Positions 57,101 through 64,000 of a stretch of DNA of 64,000 bases are shown one piece after another. Source of the DNA: Phaeosaccion multiseriatum (Eukaryota > Protista > Ochrophyta, other classes). The notes beneath the pieces are model-generated. The model saw only the letters and a program-made list of their open reading frames with translations, was not told where the DNA came from and did no database searches. The stretch spans positions 3,410,001-3,474,000 of the forward strand of contig OZ218955.1 in assembly GCA_965112735.1 (NCBI GenBank), read 5' to 3'. Every line of letters starts with the position of its first letter. Within the stretch, counting starts at the first letter, position 1. The translations under genes were made by a program, and so were the position numbers.

Positions 57101-59899
57101 AGGGAGACGTTATAGAGGAGCGAGTCCATCAAAACCATACCATCTGTGTTCTGATGAATCACCATCCCCCCCTCTACGACAACAACAACAACAACAACAA
57201 CAACGATTACAACAACGCAAAAAGGACGTCCCTGACGGGCTGGGGCTGCTGCTGAAGACGATCGGCGGCAAGACCGGGTACTGGGACCCCCCCCTCTTCT
57301 TCCAGGGCAAGAACAAGGCACACGCTACTGTGCACAAGCGGGCAGAGGTCACGCAGCTCATCATGAAGGTGAGGGGAGGGAGGAAGAGGGAGAGGGGAAG
57401 AAGCAGAGCTGACTACCATCCACTGCCATCCTTCTTTCCTCTCCCCTCCCTCCCTCCCTCCCTTGCAGCTTGTCAAGCTGATGCTGGCCAAGGGCGTTGA
57501 TGTCAACAGAGTGACCAAGAGCAACGAGAGCAGCAGCCGCCGCAACAACAACACGCCGCCGAGAGGCACCAAGCCACTCGACGTTCTCAAGAAACACCTT
57601 GAGGCTTTGGAGGAGGAGGCAGTGAAGCTGAAGGAGGGAGAGAATAAGGGAGACGACAGCAGCGTCGACGACTACAGTGACGACAGCAATGGTGGCGGGG
57701 GAGGGAAGGACAAGAAGAAGGAGGACACAGGTCCCACCGGGGGTGTGAATCGCCTTGCCAAGACGAGGAAGGCCATCGCAGCTCAGTTTGGAGGAGGAGG
57801 GGGTCCGGAGGGGATGACAGCGGATGGGGACGGAGACGGCACCTTCACCTTCAAGCTGATGCAACTGGTCCTCACAGAGGTGGCGTCTGCCGTGGACGAG
57901 AGGGTGAAGAAGGCCGCGAACGAAAAGGGAGGAGAAGGCGACAAAACGAGTAAGAAGGACGGCAAGGGCAATGTCAAGGAGGTCAAAGATCAGAGGACGG
58001 CGGCGTGGGAGGCGCTGGGAGACAACCGGCAGTTGTTGAACACCTTCCTCACGACGCTTCAGGAGAAGGGTGCTACAGCGTCTCCGGAGCTGTCGCAGGC
58101 AGAGAAGGACCGCCTCAAGAGCTCGAGGCGTAACCGCTCGAGCTACGGCAATGACTACGTCAGGCAGTGGCCTTCGACCGGAGGTGGGACCAGGATGCTG
58201 TGGGGAGACGCTTTGCCGCTGATTGGGGAGGAGGAGCTCAAGGGCCTTACGGACTCGTACAGCACTGTTGACAAGGGGGCTGCGCAGGTGAGCAGGGAGG
58301 GGTTTGGGATGGAGAGGGGGAGGGAGGGAGGGAGGGAGGGAGGGAGGTAGGGACGGGGGAAGAGAGTGATCAAGGAGTGATGAGGGTGGGAAATATACAA
58401 TCCAGATGGCAATGGACGAGCAAAAGATCAGCCAGAGACTTCGTTCTTACTTTATGAGGGGAGTTTGTTGCAAATTCTGAAGTCTTACTCACCGGCATCG
58501 TCGCGTTTGTTGTTGTCCTTGTGTTGTCGCTTGCTGTCCTTATTCTCCTTATTGTTCGGTTGCTTGCTGTCCTTAATTGTCCTTTTTGTTCGGCGGGTTT
58601 CTCCTCGTGCCCTCTGCAGTACCTCTACGACGGCAACACCATGTGGGGCGGTCACCTCCGACAGAGCAACGCCGGCCTTCTGCTGCCATCCGACCAGCAG
58701 CCCAACTACCACGCGCTCTTTGAGGCGGTGTGGAGGAACGACGCCGACGGTCGGTGCTCACTGTTCAGTGTCTTTTCTGGTGTTTTCGTGTATTGAGTGT
58801 GGCCTGCACGTCTCGATGATGTCTCCTCTCTCTCGCTCTAACGCACACACACACACGCACGCACATATTGAAACACATGACACGCGCGCACACGCACGCT
58901 GTGCCCTCGCCTTCCTAACTCTGTCCCCCCTCCCCTCCCCTCCCCTGCCCTGCCCTGCCCATACACCCTCGCATGCTCCTTATTCTCAGCCGTGGATCGC
59001 CTGACCACAACATCCGAAGAGAACCCTGCCCGCTGCCTGGTGTCAGTGCGCAACCCCCTCGGGATGACGCCCCTCACGTTGGCCATCCTGCAGGGCCACT
59101 CACAAATGGCAGAAAAGATTCTGGACATTGCGCTTAAGCAGTACACGCCCCCGCAGAAGAAGGCTAAGGTAAGGGACTCAACGTCCGTGTACACGAATGT
59201 CGATTTCTCAAAATCGATGCCAATGTCGATATCAGTTTTACTGGGGTGTACTATGAATATGAAGCTCTCTCCTTGCTCCCTCTCCCAGACTTGTGCTTCT
59301 TTGGCTCCTCCTCCTCCGCTCTCGCCCCTCTTGTCTCATCCCCTCCCTCCCACCCTCCTCCTCCTCCTCCTCCTCCTCCTCCTCCTCCTCCTCCTCCTCC
59401 TCCTCCTCCCCATCTGCCATCCTCAGGGAGCCGCCCCCGGGGTGGACAGCAGCACGAACATGGTCCGTCTCGACAACTACGCCCTCGCCGCCATGCAGGT
59501 GAGACAGAGCTCTAGAATTAGAATCGATATCGATATCAACAGAGAGTATTGATATCTACATTTTTATACAAGAACAATTCTCTGTATTGGTATGTTCGAT
59601 ATTTGTGGAGACGACGTCCACTTCCATTAATGACTGACTCTCTTCCACTGCCACTGAAACTGAACCATGCAGGACCGCTCCAGCAACGCGTATTACGGAG
59701 CAGACAGCGACGGGTCGGGCTCTGACTACTACTCGGACGAGGACTACGAGGCAGAGGCCTACCTCCACAGTCTGGAGGCCTCCGGAGGAGGGGGAGAGGG
59801 CTCCGACGGGGAAGGTAAGTCAATGATGACGTGACGCGTGTATGCCTGTATGAAAGCTCTGTGTGCATACGCGCAGAGGGGGGGAGGGGGGGCATGTAG

Positions 59900-59942
<43 letters not shown>

Positions 59943-62900
59943 TGTGTCTCCCTCACACACACAAACTCACTCCACCTTTCTCCACGCTCCCCCTTCCCCT
60001 CCGCCCCCCCCCTCACCGGATGGCAGCAGACGGCGCCCAGCGCTCCAAGCCGGCCCTGGCTGTGCGCTGCCTGACCCCCCCAGACTGCCTCCTCGCCGCT
60101 ACGGCAGTGGTGCCCACAGAGCGGCTTGTTTCCACAGGCCTACCTGCGCGCTGGTTGGGTCACCGCTCGAGTCAGCAGAAAGTGGAGAAGGGCATGGAGA
60201 AGAGGGCCGAAGAGGACGGGGGAAAGTTGTTGGGCTTTATGCAGGTAGGGCTTTTTTGGGAGGCAGAGAGGGAGAAGGTAGGGGTAGGGGGAGGCAGAGA
60301 GGGGAAAGAGAAAGGGGAGAGGGCAGTGGGAGGCAGAGAGGAGTAGAGAGGGGCAGATAGATCATGGCAGAGAGGGAGAACGAGATCAAATATAAGCTCT
60401 GATGGTTGGATGCCTCCCCCCTCCCCCCCACACTTCACAGATGGCCCCCATGCAGCTCGCCGCTGCTCTGCGCCAGTCGGACATGCTCAAGGTGCTGCTC
60501 AAGGCCGCGCAGACTATGTGCGCTGCGAGTCATCTCTCCCCTGTCAAGAGGGAGACGGGCTCCACCCAAGCCTTCGCTCAGCCCGAGAACGCCAAGGATG
60601 ACTCAGGCTTCTTGGCGCATAGGCTGCTCACCGCCGAGGTTGGGGGGGGGAGCTTCAGCGCTTTCAATCTAGGTATGTGCACTAGGCACGTTGACTGGAC
60701 TGTAGGGGATAAGAGGAGAGGGGAATCCAATTCAACCCAATCCAATTCAACCCGACCCAACCCAACTTAACCCAGCCGAACCCACTCCAACCTAACCCAC
60801 TCCAACCCAATCCACAAACCAACCCAACCCAACCCAACCCAACCCAACCCAACCCAGCACTCTCTCTGGGCTACACGGACATCCTCGTCACCTTACTGGA
60901 GGAGGCGGGAGGAGGCATTGACTTCGGCTCTCTCGCCTGGGACGTACACGAGAACATTGAGAAGGAGAGGGCGGCGAGGCAAAAGGCCCAGGAGGCGGAG
61001 ATGAAGAGAAAGGTTGCTGCTGCTGCTGCCGCTCTTGCCTCCGGCGTGACGCTGGAGAGTGTGGAGGTGGGGATGGAGGGTGAAGGGGACGACAAGGAGA
61101 AGGAGAAGGAGAAGGAGAAGGGCAAGGGAAAGATCCCCTTCCATGGCAAGAGGCTGGAGAAGAAGTTGGAGAAGGACTCGGTGCTTGAAGCGCTGCTGCG
61201 CCTCATGAAGGACCGCCAGAAGCTCCAGGTCAGTGCGTAAGTGAGTGCTTGTGGGCGTGCTTGTGGGTGTGCGTGCGTAAGTGCGTATGTGTGAGAGTAT
61301 GTGCGTGAGTGTGTGTGAGAAATGCCGCAACCCCCCTAACCGCCTCTCTCTCTCCCCCCCCCCCTCTCTCTCTCTCCCTCTTTCTCTCTCTCCCTCTCTC
61401 TCCCTCTCTCTCCCTCTCTCTCTCTCTCCCTCTCTCTCTGCTCAATCCTCCGCCCCACCCAACGCTCGAACAGGGGAGAGGATTCCACGGCTTTTCCAGC
61501 CGCATGTACCCTTCTCTCCGAGCCTGCGCCGAGGGGGCCCACCAAGGGGTGGAGGCCCTCCGATGGATGGTAGCCGATGGTGGCAAGGCGCCTACAGAGG
61601 CGTTGGAGGCCTTTTACAGAGACAAGCAGAGCACCAGTGCCGCAGCTAGGCAGATGGTCCGTTGGGGGGCGCTCCTGGCAGAGCAAGACCTGCTCACAGA
61701 GGAGGAGGACGAGGATGCGGCGGAATACTACGCCAGGTGGGTGGGTGTTTTATGTCAATGGATTGGGTGTAGTATGTCAATGGGTGGGTAGGTGGGAAAC
61801 CCATTCTCATTTATTGTTGGTGTGAACAAAGAAAAACGAGCGGCCCAGCCGTCAATTTGACCCCCACACCTCACACTCACACTCACACTCACACCCTCTT
61901 CTTGCTTGCGGCCGTCCTCCTCCTCCTCCTCCTCACTCCCTCCTCGCTCCTCTGTTCGTGTCTACCTACCGCAGCGGTGAGGTGCCCGCTCCCTCCCCCC
62001 TCTCCACCTCTCTGGCCATTGCCCGGGCCGCGAGGGAGCTCTTCGCGTCTCTGAGCGCCACGAATAGGGCAGGATTGAACCCCATTCACTCGGCCATCTT
62101 CGGCTGCGGCAATGACGAGAGGTGTGTGTGTGTGTGCCTCCTCCTCCTCCTGCTTCTTCTCCTCCTCCTCCTCCTCCTCCTCCTCCTCCTCCTCAACCCC
62201 TACTTTCTCTCCCTTCCCCCCCTCAGTGTGGGCCCCGTCCTTAAGGCTCTGAAGGACTTGTTCTCCTCCTCCCCGGGTGCTTGGGAAGCCGCCCTGAGCG
62301 CTCACGAGGAGGGCAAGATAGGAACGCCTCTCCAGGTAGGTATCATCTCTACTGTGGTTGTGCATGCAGGCGTATGGGCGTACGTGCATACCTGCATACG
62401 TGGATGTCGGGGCGAAGAGTTGCAAGCTCCCCCCCTCGAGTTACAAGCAGTCACTACGCCTCTTAACCCCCCCCCCCCCCTCCTCTTCCTCCTCCTCCTC
62501 CTCCCCCTCCTCCTCCTCCTCCTCCTCCTCCTCCTCCTCCTCCTCCTCCTCCTCCTCCTCCTCCTCCTCCTCCCCCTCCTCCTCCTCCCCCTCCCCCTCC
62601 TCCTCCTCCTCCTCCCCCTCCTCCTCCCCTCCCAGGTGGCCCTCAGTAACATGAACACCCATGCCGTCAAGTGCCTTCTCGAGCTGAAGGCTCCAGTGCA
62701 GGTGGCGTCAGCGGACGAAGAGCTGGGCTGGAGCGTGCTGCACTTGGCAGCTGCTAGTGGCAAGTCGGCGTGCTTGGAGGCACTGCTGGAGGCGCTGACG
62801 GACGAGCAAGTGCGCGAGATGTGGGGGCCGCCGCAGTGGGGGAGGGACGCCAATGTACGTGTGAGCATGGGCACATGCATACATATATGCATGCACAAAT

Positions 62901-63032
62901 ACACACACGTACATACATACACAGCACACGCACACACACACACACAAACACCCCCCCCCCACACACACACGCTCACGCTGGGATGCCAAAGCGAATGGCT
63001 CTCTTTGGTGCAAATGGTGATGCTCATCTCTG

Positions 63033-63068
<36 letters not shown>

Positions 63069-64000
63069 CCCCCCTCTCTCCCTCTCTCCCTCTCTCTCTC
63101 TGCTGTGTGTGTGTGTGTGTGTGGTGAATGCCTTGGAGCAGACCCGCAAGGGTATCACTCCCTTCCACTTGGCCGTGTTCAACGGCTGCTCGGCGGCTGT
63201 GCAGACTGCTCTCCTCGCTGCCATCAAGAAGGCCGGAGGGAGTGACAGCAGCATCAGTGAGCAGGCCTTGAGCGCACAGAGCGAGTCTGGAGAGAACGCC
63301 CTGCACACGGCTGCGAAGGTGTCCGGAGCAGCAAGCTTAAAGCTGCTGCTCAACGACAAGGCAGGCAGTGGGGAGAAGGAAGGAGGGGCAGGAGGTGCAG
63401 GAGGTGGTGATGTGGCGGTCGTCGAGGCTGTGAGGCAGGCCATGCTCGCGCAGGAGAATGTCGCCGGGCACATCCCTCTGGACACCGCTATTGCTCAGCT
63501 GCAGCAGGGCGTCCTCGGACAGACGCTGACCCGCAATGAAAGTGATGAGGAGAGCGACGACTATTACGACAGTGAGGACAGTGACTTTGAGGAACGGAAG
63601 GAGGCGAAGAAAGATGTGGTGGAGGAGAAGAACGTGGTGGCGGCCTATGCGGAGCTTCGAGCGGCGACTCAGGAGCAGACGGACTTCAAGAGAAAGGTGC
63701 GTCTGTCACATCACTCATCCTTTGTCCCCTTTACTCCCTCCACTCACTCCACCGAGTCAACTCCTCCACTCATGTGACTCATCCCTCCTCCCCCCTACTC
63801 CCTCCACCCCACTCACACCCTTCTATCACCCCATTCACCCTCCCTCCCTGTGCCCAGGGTGCGACTTTCGCAGAAGTCGAACAAGCGGCGGCCGCGGCTG
63901 CTTCTCGGGCCCACGGAAGCGGCTATGGAAGGCAAACCGACGCTGCCAAGCAGAGAGTGATGAAGAACATGGAGGGGGGTGGCACTTCGGGGCGCAGCCG
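51848..64000 (+). CDS. Large protein with N-terminal nucleotidyltransferase-like domain and ankyrin repeats; 3'-partial
   Basis: N-terminal motifs NVFVAGGSVLACL, SDLDIFLYGL, QVVLRLYNSPLEILAGFDVDSCAVGFDG, RRSPSYEMRLAKYAQRGF. Ankyrin units include GRPPLLLAV, GRNALHVAA, GMTPLTLAI, GWSVLHLAA, GITPFHLAV, GENALHTAA. Confidence 0.85.

Overview
Intron-rich, microsatellite-rich eukaryotic nuclear DNA, inferred to be from an ochrophyte alga, probably eustigmatophyte-like (VCP/FCP-type LHC gene, ASAFAP-type bipartite plastid presequences). About 15 protein-coding genes can be reconstructed by hand-splicing. In order: a phage-type (mitochondrial) RNA polymerase (5'-partial), an SF-assemblin-like coiled-coil protein, a plastid-targeted creatininase-family hydrolase, a secreted tandem-CBM4/9-like protein, a GNAT, a Tat-targeted thylakoid lumen protein, a tandem array of three secreted TIMP-like + Cys-repeat + Kazal genes, a DCAF4/WDR21-like protein, PUS7/TruD, an inverted paralog of the CBM gene, an LHC protein, a gamma-glutamyltranspeptidase, and a very large nucleotidyltransferase-like + ankyrin protein (3'-partial). 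The best candidate for an undescribed system is the 18.5-32 kb array: predicted dual-class protease inhibitors built from phase-compatible exon modules, with variable repeat number and diversified Kazal P1 residues. Also seen are a small MITE, GC-AG introns, and a G-rich-5'/C-rich-3' complementary repeat polarity in introns. All gene models and family calls come from motif recognition by eye, without database searches.
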